DNA from: a virus
Taxonomy: Duplodnaviria > Heunggongvirae > Uroviricota > Caudoviricetes
DNA length: 64,000 bases
Reading direction: 5' to 3' (one strand)
Virus record (IMG/VR): IMGVR_UViG_3300001357_000001
Span: 1 to 64,000 of that record
Shown: in pieces, positions 32,700-40,485 of the stretch
Position numbering within the stretch: the stretch's first letter is position 1
How the letters are laid out: each line of letters starts with the position of its first letter
Notes under the pieces: model-generated
The model's database searches: none
Seen by the model: only the letters and a program-made list of their open reading frames with translations
What the model was told of the DNA's origin: nothing
Position numbers and translations under genes: made by a program

Positions 32700-33320
32700 C
32701 TAGCCAATATATGTTGATAAATAATCAAGTGCTTGACGAATAATTTCAATTTCATCATTAAATTGTCCTAATCCTCGATTACACTTATCACATAACAAAC
32801 CTCGAACTTTACCTGTATTATGATTATGGTCAACTACTAATTTTTTATTTAATTCATCCTGATGTGTTTTACATATCATACAACAACTATTTTGGTCATT
32901 AAATATTTTATTATAATCTTCAAGTGAAATTCCATATTTTTTTCTTAGTTTATAATCTTTGATTTTATCCTGATTATTCCTCCTATATTTTTTATAAACT
33001 TTTTTTCTTTCTTCGGGACTATTAGATGGACATTCTTTAATCCTTTCTTTATTATCGAAATAATATTGTTGTTGATATTCTTTTATTTTTTCTTTATTCT
33101 TATTTTTATATTCCTGTTGTTGTAATTTAATTTTTTCTTTATTTTTTAAATCATACTTAATTCTTGTCTCTCTAATTCTTTCTTTATTATCAATGCGATA
33201 TTGTTTAATTTTTTCTTTATTTTTTAATCGATATTGTCTATTGTATTCACGTTTTTCTTCTTTTGTTTGCATAATAAAATAATTTAAATTTTCGACATAT
33301 TTATTTTTATATAAATACAC
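32700..33320 (-). CDS. Recombination endonuclease VII (T4 gp49 family) with an N-terminal Lys-rich tandem-repeat region
   Basis: CCMICKTHQDELNKKLVVDHNHNTGKVRGLLCDKCNRGLGQF matches the Endonuclease_7 signature; the N-terminus carries NKEKIK.Y repeats. Confidence 0.8.
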   Translation of the reverse strand: MYLYKNKYVENLNYFIMQTKEEKREYNRQYRLKNKEKIKQYRIDNKERIRETRIKYDLKNKEKIKLQQQEYKNKNKEKIKEYQQQYYFDNKERIKECPSNSPEERKKVYKKYRRNNQDKIKDYKLRKKYGISLEDYNKIFNDQNSCCMICKTHQDELNKKLVVDHNHNTGKVRGLLCDKCNRGLGQFNDEIEIIRQALDYLSTYIG

Positions 33321-33351
33321 CGAAAATTTAAATATGTCGAAAATTAAATGT

Positions 33352-34551
33352 TTATAAATCTATTAATCTCGATTCAATTATTTTAAGTAATTCACTCATT
33401 GGACGTTCCTCATCGTTTTCACAATTAATTGCTTTTTCGATTGGAAGCTCGTTTTCTTGAATTTTTTTGATTTGTTTTTCAATTTCTTCAACTTCATAAT
33501 CAATATAATCGGATTCGAAATATGATTGTTCAATAATATCAATTTTCCTGTTTTCATATTTTGCAATTGCAAATGGAAAATATTCACACACTCTCATTTT
33601 GCTGTGGTCATAATCAGGAACTGCAACAACATTTGCAGGATTCACATAACATACAAGAACAGTACTATCATTATTTGCAAATGAATTAACGTAAACAGTT
33701 GCTCCGACATGTAAACCATTTGAACAATCTCTGCGGAAATCAGCATCACATTCTTTTCTGTTTTGTTTAACAGGAACACCTAATTCAATATGCATTTTTC
33801 GTGTATGCATGTCGGTAAAAACAGGAACATTCTTTTCTTCTTCTTCGGTACTGGAATTAAATATAGCATCGAATAATTCCTGAAGATTTCCAAGTATTTC
33901 AACACCTTTTTCTTTTTCATCCCATTTTTCAGCAGTACTCACTTTTGTGCTGTTGAAAGTATTGTCTTCAATATTTCTATACACAATGTGTTTCTTAGGA
34001 CTTTCTTTCCAAGTCTTTTTCACATGAAGATAACGATTACTAATGAATTCTGCAAATCTTGTTTCATCAGAGTCTTGGTCGTTTTTCTTATCATATACTG
34101 CTTTATAAACAACCATATAACCATTATCTGTCAATACGAAGTCATGTGTTTTAATGAAGTCAAAAAGTACTGTACGTATTCTCTTATCAGGATTTAACAT
34201 CAATAATTTCCAGAAGTTAATAATTGCATCTAAAGGATATTCATTTTCATGATATTCTTTAATTACTTCAACCAATGTTTCTGGAACAGGAGTATTGAAA
34301 CCCGCAAGATATACTTCACCTGTTTCAGGGTCGTTTTCAAGTCCTGCCATAATAGCAACACGTGTTTTTTCATTCAATAAACCAAGAACATTTTTTATGT
34401 TCTCGTCAGTTGGGTCTTCTTTTGCCTTTAAAGTCATTTTAAATAACTTATCAGCTTCTTCTGATGAACCACAGTTTTTCTGGCGAAGTTTGCCATTAAG
34501 ACTGATTTTCACCATGTTTCCGATTTTAATTACGTTAATGTCTTTTTTCAT
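33352..34551 (-). CDS. rIIB: rIIB-like protein
   Basis: LFDFIKTHDFVLTDNGYMVVYKAV, CSNGLHVGATVY and LVCYVNPANVVAVPDYDHSKMRVCEY resemble T4 rIIB C-terminal blocks, recalled from memory. Confidence 0.5.
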   Translation of the reverse strand: MKKDINVIKIGNMVKISLNGKLRQKNCGSSEEADKLFKMTLKAKEDPTDENIKNVLGLLNEKTRVAIMAGLENDPETGEVYLAGFNTPVPETLVEVIKEYHENEYPLDAIINFWKLLMLNPDKRIRTVLFDFIKTHDFVLTDNGYMVVYKAVYDKKNDQDSDETRFAEFISNRYLHVKKTWKESPKKHIVYRNIEDNTFNSTKVSTAEKWDEKEKGVEILGNLQELFDAIFNSSTEEEEKNVPVFTDMHTRKMHIELGVPVKQNRKECDADFRRDCSNGLHVGATVYVNSFANNDSTVLVCYVNPANVVAVPDYDHSKMRVCEYFPFAIAKYENRKIDIIEQSYFESDYIDYEVEEIEKQIKKIQENELPIEKAINCENDEERPMSELLKIIESRLIDL

Positions 34552-34574
34552 ATTGTTTAATGTTTCTTTGGTTA

Positions 34575-34604
34575 TTATACGATATTAAATTTAAAATGTT
34601 ACAA
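34575..34604 (-). promoter_or_regulatory. phage promoter-like motif upstream of rIIB
   Basis: reverse complement of TTATACGATATTAAATTTAAAATGTTACAA. Confidence 0.55.
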
Positions 34605-34746
34605 TTTATATTGGTAAATTAATCTTTGATAATAAATTTGTATTCACTTGTGTGTATATTTCAGTGGTTTTATATGAATATACTTATAATCAGTTAGTTT
34701 ACCCATTTTTGTAATACTTTTTATTAATATAACAATAAGTTAGGCT

Positions 34747-34887
34747 TCATTTGCCAACGCTCTTAAATATCTTTTTATACCATTTGTTTTCTTTTCTGCA
34801 TTCAGGGCAGCCACTTTTCCCACTTGGGGTTGTTGCGTATTTTCCGTGCTTTTTACAGTTATTCCATCTATAATTTCCTAATTTCAT
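34747..34887 (-). CDS. 46 aa zinc-ribbon protein (cassette ORF; not in the ORF track)
   Basis: MKLGNYRWNNCKKHGKY ... CPECRK; starts 31 nt after an attC-like GTTAGGC core. Confidence 0.35.
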   Translation of the reverse strand: MKLGNYRWNNCKKHGKYATTPSGKSGCPECRKENKWYKKIFKSVGK

Positions 34888-34918
34888 AATCTTGTTTTTA
34901 TCCCACCGCACAAAAACG

Positions 34919-35050
34919 AAAGCCTAACAATGTACATAGGTAATTTGCCGTTTTGTTTTGGTAGTTTAGTTTATAATTTAATCTTTATCTCGTTCTAGTT
35001 GCTTCGGTTCGTCAAGCAGGGGCAAACATACCCATGTACTCAACGTTAGG
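34919..35050. repeat. attC-like element A
   Basis: GCCTAAC-aatGTACATaGGTAaTTTGCC ... GGCAAAcaTACCcATGTACtcaac-GTTAGGC; sits between the stop at 35070 and the start at 34887. Confidence 0.6.
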
Positions 35051-35069
35051 CATAAAAATTCCCGCTTTG

Positions 35070-35339
35070 TTAGCGGTCATTGCCGAAAACATCATCTTTC
35101 CATTTTTCCCATTCATCGGAAACATCAGAATCATCGTGCACACCAGATAATATACAACCATATCCGTTATTGTAAAGAAAGTCTGGCAAAGGCAACGAAC
35201 CGCTAACAACAAATAAACGTAATAAAAGTTTACGTGCTTGTAATTCAGTGATTTCGCCCCTTTCGAGCCATTGTGCTACTTCTAAAATTTTGTCTTTCAT
35301 ATCTTTTACTACGTTTATTTGTGAACCGTTATGGTGCAT
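35070..35339 (-). CDS. hypothetical protein (cassette ORF)
   Basis: 89 aa, coupled to the ORF at 35339-35596. Confidence 0.4.
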   Translation of the reverse strand: MHHNGSQINVVKDMKDKILEVAQWLERGEITELQARKLLLRLFVVSGSLPLPDFLYNNGYGCILSGVHDDSDVSDEWEKWKDDVFGNDR

Positions 35340-35596
35340 TAAGGAATATCCAACTTAAATTTTACCTCCTTAATATCAATCCATCCATCATATTCGTCTG
35401 GTCTATGCCAGTTTTGAGAATTATCCTCTTGGAACATACCATCTTTATAAAACCCAAATCCTATCGTGAGTCCTTCGTTGCTTATAAGCATTACCCTTGT
35501 CATATTAACTGGGCGTTGTGTCATATCGTTCATAAAAAATAACGCACCATAACATTTTGTATAAATCAGTGGCGTTATGTGCTTAATTTTAACCAC
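35339..35596 (-). CDS. hypothetical protein (cassette ORF)
   Basis: 85 aa. Confidence 0.4.
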   Translation of the reverse strand: MVKIKHITPLIYTKCYGALFFMNDMTQRPVNMTRVMLISNEGLTIGFGFYKDGMFQEDNSQNWHRPDEYDGWIDIKEVKFKLDIP

Positions 35597-35880
35597 TTAG
35601 CTACTAAATTGCTTTTGTGCGGTTCGACAGTTAGTAGCTCCTAATCGCCACCGCTTCATACAATTTACCGTTATGCACAATTAAATTATTACTTATAGTG
35701 TTTATTATAGTATTCTTCACCTACTTGCTCTTTTAAGTATTCATCAGCGTCCATTCCATATAAATCATAGTCGGTCAATTTATCTGTGTTATTGTTCCAC
35801 ATACCAACAAAAGCAAGTATCAAGGCAAGTAATATTATTAAAGCTATTGTTATTCCTATCCATTCCATAATTTTAAAAGT

Positions 35881-36002
35881 ACCTAACAATGTGTATAAGC
35901 AATAGCCGTCAGGCGTTTTTACTATTGCAGTTGTTTAATTATTAATTTTGTTTCTATCTAGTTGGTTCGTGTAGGCTACTGCTCATACACTCGTCCGTTA
36001 GC
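35881..36002. repeat. attC-like element B
   Basis: ACCTAAC-aatGTGTATaAGCAaTAGCC ... GGCTActgCTcATACACtcgtcc-GTTAGCA; compensatory changes relative to element A preserve the hairpin; the 3' core overlaps the stop of the gene at 36005. Confidence 0.55.
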
Positions 36003-36004
36003 AT

Positions 36005-36361
36005 TCATTTGCCAACGCACAGCTTAAAGCAACTAAATTTTTTCCTGTGTTCATTTCCTTTTTCATCAATAAGCACATATCTTTTACGACCTCTCTTGCC
36101 TACGTAATCTACAATTTCGCACTCTCCTATGTTTTCAATTGTAGCCTTTTTTCCTACCAAATGCAATCCTCCTAAACTTTCACCTTTCATCGCATGTTTA
36201 ATATTACGTTTTGGTTGTCGCTTTTCAATTGAATTATAACATCCTTTCTGCATTGTTCTAGGATAGCCTACTGCTTCTCCAATATATTCACCTGTTTGTT
36301 CATCTAAGATACCATCAAGTATCATGTCTGCTATGTCTCCCATAATATTTAATTTTTGCAC
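36005..36361 (-). CDS. hypothetical protein (cassette ORF; true start probably the ATG at 36343)
   Basis: C-terminus KLCVGK is encoded by the same nucleotides (GCGTTGGCAAATGA) as the C-terminus of the 46 aa ORF. Confidence 0.4.
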   Translation of the reverse strand: MQKLNIMGDIADMILDGILDEQTGEYIGEAVGYPRTMQKGCYNSIEKRQPKRNIKHAMKGESLGGLHLVGKKATIENIGECEIVDYVGKRGRKRYVLIDEKGNEHRKKFSCFKLCVGK

Positions 36362-36380
36362 CGCCCACGCTCAAAACGAA

Positions 36381-36480
36381 ACGCTAACAAGCGGTCATAG
36401 TTAATAAAGCCAATTAAGTTTAGTTCGTTGTAGGTTGCGGTAGTGGGTGGCTTTACTAACCATACCGCAAGCCGTTAGGC
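36381..36480. repeat. attC-like element C
   Basis: CGCTAAC-aaGCGGTcATaGTTAaTAAAGCCA ... TGGCTTTAcTAACcATACCGCaagcc-GTTAGGC. Confidence 0.6.
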
Positions 36481-36490
36481 ACAATAAAAA

Positions 36491-36637
36491 TTACTGCTCC
36501 AACTCTTTTAGTTTAGCTTCATTTTCCTTAATCAACTTATCAAGTAAACCTTTCATTACTGGTGGTAGTTGTACCTGCGGTGCATTTAATAACTTTGCGA
36601 CTTCAATATTCATTTCTAATAATTCTTGTAGTTTCAT
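36491..36637 (-). CDS. 48 aa helical protein (cassette ORF; not in the ORF track)
   Basis: MKLQELLEMNIEVAKLLNAPQVQLPPVMKGLLDKLIKENEAKLKELEQ. Confidence 0.3.
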   Translation of the reverse strand: MKLQELLEMNIEVAKLLNAPQVQLPPVMKGLLDKLIKENEAKLKELEQ

Positions 36638-36810
36638 ATTCGTAATTTTTACAGATGCCTAACAGCAAGTATAAAACATGCCTGTCGTGCATCTAAGTTA
36701 ATATTTATGTTAATTTCAAATTAATTGTTTCAATTAAAGTTTGTGTTAGCACGTTTCATACTTGCGTACCGTTGTAGCTTAATTGACAGCTCGCCATCAC
36801 ACATGCTCCA

Positions 36811-37083
36811 TTAGCAACAAATAATTTTACTATATCCTTTTCCTCCATTAAGTGCATAAGGTATATTTTTACAACTGTGCTTATCATCGCAAACCAATTT
36901 TCCACTATAATCTCCATCTTCATCTTTTACAACAATCACTTCATAACCCCATTCACTTTTTAGTTTATCACCAACTAAAATTGGTTGCTTATTATCGTCA
37001 TAAATTCCCGTAAAATTATCATTTCCTAACAATGTATAAAGTTCATTTCTTTGGTCTTTTTGCTTATTATTTTCTGTACTCAT
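36811..37083 (-). CDS. hypothetical protein (cassette ORF)
   Basis: 90 aa. Confidence 0.4.
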   Translation of the reverse strand: MSTENNKQKDQRNELYTLLGNDNFTGIYDDNKQPILVGDKLKSEWGYEVIVVKDEDGDYSGKLVCDDKHSCKNIPYALNGGKGYSKIICC

Positions 37084-37730
37084 ATTTTCCTGTATTTTAA
37101 TTAAATTAGTTGCTATTTCAAAGTCGAAACGAAACCTTATATTAGTACGTTAGTGCGTGTTCCGTTACTACATTCAATATATTTTGAAGTAGTTCTAATT
37201 CGGTTTCTTTTCTTTCAAGGATGTTGTTTATATCAGTTCGTTTCCGTTCACATTCAGTTTTTGCTACTTCTCTATTGTAGTAAGAAACCTCTATTTCTAA
37301 TTCCTCAATTTTCTTTGATAAGTAATTTAGTTCGTGTTCCATATCCATAATTTTACAATTTCATATTACCATCCGTTATAAACAAATAAAATTATTCAGT
37401 TTTAGTTTTACCAATTTACACATATCAATAATTAGTGTCCAAGCATTTGTATATATTAATATACCGTCATCTTTTTGTTTGAATCTCATTCCTAATTTAC
37501 CTTTCGTTAATTTTTCTGGTTCTTTTAAGTCCATAATTTTATCAGATTTATAATATGGCATTAGGTAATTCACAAAAATCAGGTATATTAGGTGTTTTAT
37601 TATCTACACAAATTGAACTATTTGATTTTTCACAGATAAAACTGTAAAGCCATTTGTCTTTTTTACAATAAGGACAATCTGTACAATTTTTTATTGTTAA
37701 AGTAAGTTTTTTCATAATTATTAACGCCAC

Positions 37731-37841
37731 ATAACAATGTATATAAGGCATTGCCTCTGTGGTCTTTTTATATTTATAATTCTGTCCATTCTATCAAAGT
37801 CAGTGAAGGCAACGCCTCATATTATCAACATTTTCGTTAGA
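37731..37841. repeat. attC-like element E
   Basis: ACATAAC-aaTGTaTATAAGGCaTTGCCT ... AGGCAACGCCTCATATTATCAACAttttc-GTTAGAA. Confidence 0.5.
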
Positions 37842-37846
37842 AGTTT

Positions 37847-37999
37847 TTATTTTTGCCCACGCTCTTCAAAATACTCAACCAAAATAGTTTCTACCATATT
37901 ATTGAATGACGGTCTATTTTGTCTTTCCTTTTCTTTCTTAAGTTTATCAACTAACCAATCATTTTTGTCGGTTAGTTTTAATGATATTCGTTTAGACAT
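37847..37999 (-). CDS. ribbon-helix-helix (CopG/Arc-like) DNA-binding protein, 50 aa; not in the ORF track
   Basis: MSKRISLKLTDKNDWLVDKLKKEKERQNRPSFNNMVETILVEYFEERGQK; start overlaps the stop of the upstream gene by 8 nt. Confidence 0.45.
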   Translation of the reverse strand: MSKRISLKLTDKNDWLVDKLKKEKERQNRPSFNNMVETILVEYFEERGQK

Positions 38000-38435
38000 A
38001 TTGTTCTGATTTAATTCTTACTTCAATATCTGCAATTACAAAATCCCAACGTCTTTGGAACAAATCACCATTAGCACGTAATTCACCATAATAGTCTTTC
38101 ATATCATGTGCCATGTGTTCATCTCCAAATTGATAGTGGTCTAATTGAACACCAGCCAAAACATCATCAGTATTCCATTGTTCCCAATTTTTTCTAACAA
38201 TCTTTTCAAATTCATCGTTGTTTTCAGGGAGTGAAGTTCCTATTTCTTGAATGAACATATCCAACCAATATGGGACCATATGTGAACCTTCGTCATCCAA
38301 ATCCATTAATCTATATTCAGATAACTTCATTTCAAGTATGTTACAAATAAAGTCAAATCCGTTTACTCTTGTAATAACACCATCGTCATTTACATCAATT
38401 TCAGTTTCGCTAAATGGAAGTTTAAATGTTTTCAT
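37992..38435 (-). CDS. hypothetical protein, co-transcribed with the RHH gene; possible toxin-antitoxin-like pair
   Basis: 147 aa; a promoter variant TTGAAACA ... GACGTATAAAT lies upstream at 38450-38490. Confidence 0.4.
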   Translation of the reverse strand: MKTFKLPFSETEIDVNDDGVITRVNGFDFICNILEMKLSEYRLMDLDDEGSHMVPYWLDMFIQEIGTSLPENNDEFEKIVRKNWEQWNTDDVLAGVQLDHYQFGDEHMAHDMKDYYGELRANGDLFQRRWDFVIADIEVRIKSEQYV

Positions 38436-38582
38436 AATCTTATCGTTTTATTAATTTATACGTCAAAGGTAATACTTTTGTTTCAAATAAACAAATATTT
38501 TTTGAATTATTTTCCCTACCTAAAAAATAAAAACTTCTTTATTGCTTCGTATTGAAATTCAGGTAGATAAACCGCATCAGCC

Positions 38583-38710
38583 GATAACAAGGTGTATATG
38601 TAATGTGAGGTTCGGTGGTGTATTCAACATTTATACTTCTAATCAAGTTCTGTGGTTAAATCAGATGTAGTGTTTCAAATCTCACACTACATATACACCC
38701 AACCGTTGTG
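38583..38710. repeat. attC-like palindromic element, inverted copy of the 651-778 element
   Basis: reverse complement is about 90% identical to 657-785. Confidence 0.6.
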
Positions 38711-39223
38711 TGTAAGTGCTACATTTGTGCATTTAATGAAAGTTTCTGCAAGTTTGACCATAATTAAATATTTTCCGACCCTCTACCTCTACGCATATCA
38801 TGTATCTCCCATGCAATTGAAGCTGCAAGATTTTTTGAATAGGTGCATCCTGAAGTGTAGCATTTGTCTTTTCTTACATCTTTTTCAGCCTCTTCTTCCC
38901 ATTTTTTTTTTGTTGGATAAATCGGGCATTGTAAACATGGGCAAATAGTATATTCCCATTTTAATTCTTTCCTTTCAAAATTTATTGTATTTTCCATCTC
39001 AAACTTTCTTTATGTATGAATGATTTTTCAAAACAATATGGGCATTGCATCACATCGTCTTGCTCCCTCATTGTGTTTAAATCAAAAAATGCCATCGCAC
39101 AAAATATTTAATTATTACTCTATTCATTTTATCAACATTCTGCTAATTTGACCGCACCAGACACACAACACAAAATATAGTGCATAGCCGATTAAACATT
39201 TGTTTTTCATTGTCAACGCTCAC

Positions 39224-39514
39224 TTAACACCATCTTATTTTATTTTCAGTCAAAAAATAATGAGTTCTACATTTAAAAGTGTTGCCAATACTTGGTTTTA
39301 CTGTTATTTTTTCATCTTTGATATTAATTACCCATCCTCTATTCCTATTCAAATCGTGATGCAAATAAACTTCATTTCCACATCCACAAGGGCATTGATG
39401 TACTGTGTTAATTTCATCTCTCCACACTTTTACATATATAATTCCATATTCTTGTTCAGCTTTTACTGGCAAATCCCTTACTGCTTTATATTTTAATCCT
39501 GCTAATTTCTCCAT
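39224..39514 (-). CDS. small zinc-binding protein
   Basis: HQCPCGCGNEV ... CRTH. Confidence 0.35.
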   Translation of the reverse strand: MEKLAGLKYKAVRDLPVKAEQEYGIIYVKVWRDEINTVHQCPCGCGNEVYLHHDLNRNRGWVINIKDEKITVKPSIGNTFKCRTHYFLTENKIRWC

Positions 39515-40114
39515 CGCTTTAATTTTAAATACTAATCATATACCTAACCATTAGGCGTAATTGATACTATCTTCATCACAAAAACTTAATCCACCATCGT
39601 CAAATAAAACTATTGTATTACTTTTTGTTGCCCCATATCTGTGAAATTCACCTAATCTATCACCAACGATTACTCTATCACCTTGCTTAAAACAACTACG
39701 CCTAACAATATCTATATTGCATGGCTTTTCGGCTTTTGAATCTTTTGCACTCATATCAATATTTTTTTTAATTTGAAACTATGTGGCTTTGCTGTTGAAG
39801 CCACGACAACATAGATTAACCGTTAGCAAACATTTGGCTTACGTATTCTATTTAATATTTCCTCATTTGTTTGTAAATCGGAAGATGTAACATCATCACC
39901 TATAATAGCATCATCTCTACCTAAATTATATGCCCTCAATAAAAGTGGGTTAGGATTCCACATCTTTGCCCTACCATCAAGTTCATTATTAAACCCCCAC
40001 ATATAAGTTTCCAATAAAAGTTTGTTTTGTTCGTTCATATCTTTTATCTTTCAATTAAGTTTAGTTTTAAAATACTCACGGACGGTTATACTCGTCCGTT
40101 ATAAACAAATAAAA

Positions 40115-40354
40115 TTATTCGCTCAACCTCTTATAAGCTTTCATACATATCTTACAAGCATCTGCAACCAATAGCAGTTCGCCATCCATTTTATCAAATA
40201 GTTCAGCTTTGCCATCTTCATTTATTTGTCTAAACTTACCACATAGGGTAGTATTCCTTTTATTCCCTCCTGCACTCATTTTTGGAACGTAAGCATGTTG
40301 TTTGCTCATTCGGTGCGTATTTTCACTTTCTAAGGTTTTCCAAAGTACTTCCAT
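40115..40354 (-). CDS. hypothetical protein (cassette ORF flanked by exact repeats)
   Basis: 5' leader TTATAAATCTGATAAAATTATGG and 3' region CCGTTATAAACAAATAAAATTATTC are identical to those of the ORF at 37376-37573. Confidence 0.4.
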   Translation of the reverse strand: MEVLWKTLESENTHRMSKQHAYVPKMSAGGNKRNTTLCGKFRQINEDGKAELFDKMDGELLLVADACKICMKAYKRLSE

Positions 40355-40485
40355 AATTTTATCAGATTTATAACAAGCAACATAAGTAATTGCCTGTCAT
40401 GTTTATACCAAATTTTAAAGTTAATACTTGTATGGTCGCACTAACCATACCTACGAGCGTTAGGCAGAATAAAAAATTACAGTTG

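Noticed and set aside
37020-37040. CCTAACAATGTATAAAG inside the ORF at 36811-37083, resembling the attC-like 5' core plus extension
   Set aside because: It lies in frame within a coding sequence (RNELYTLLGND) with no partner arm. It is treated as coincidental or a remnant.
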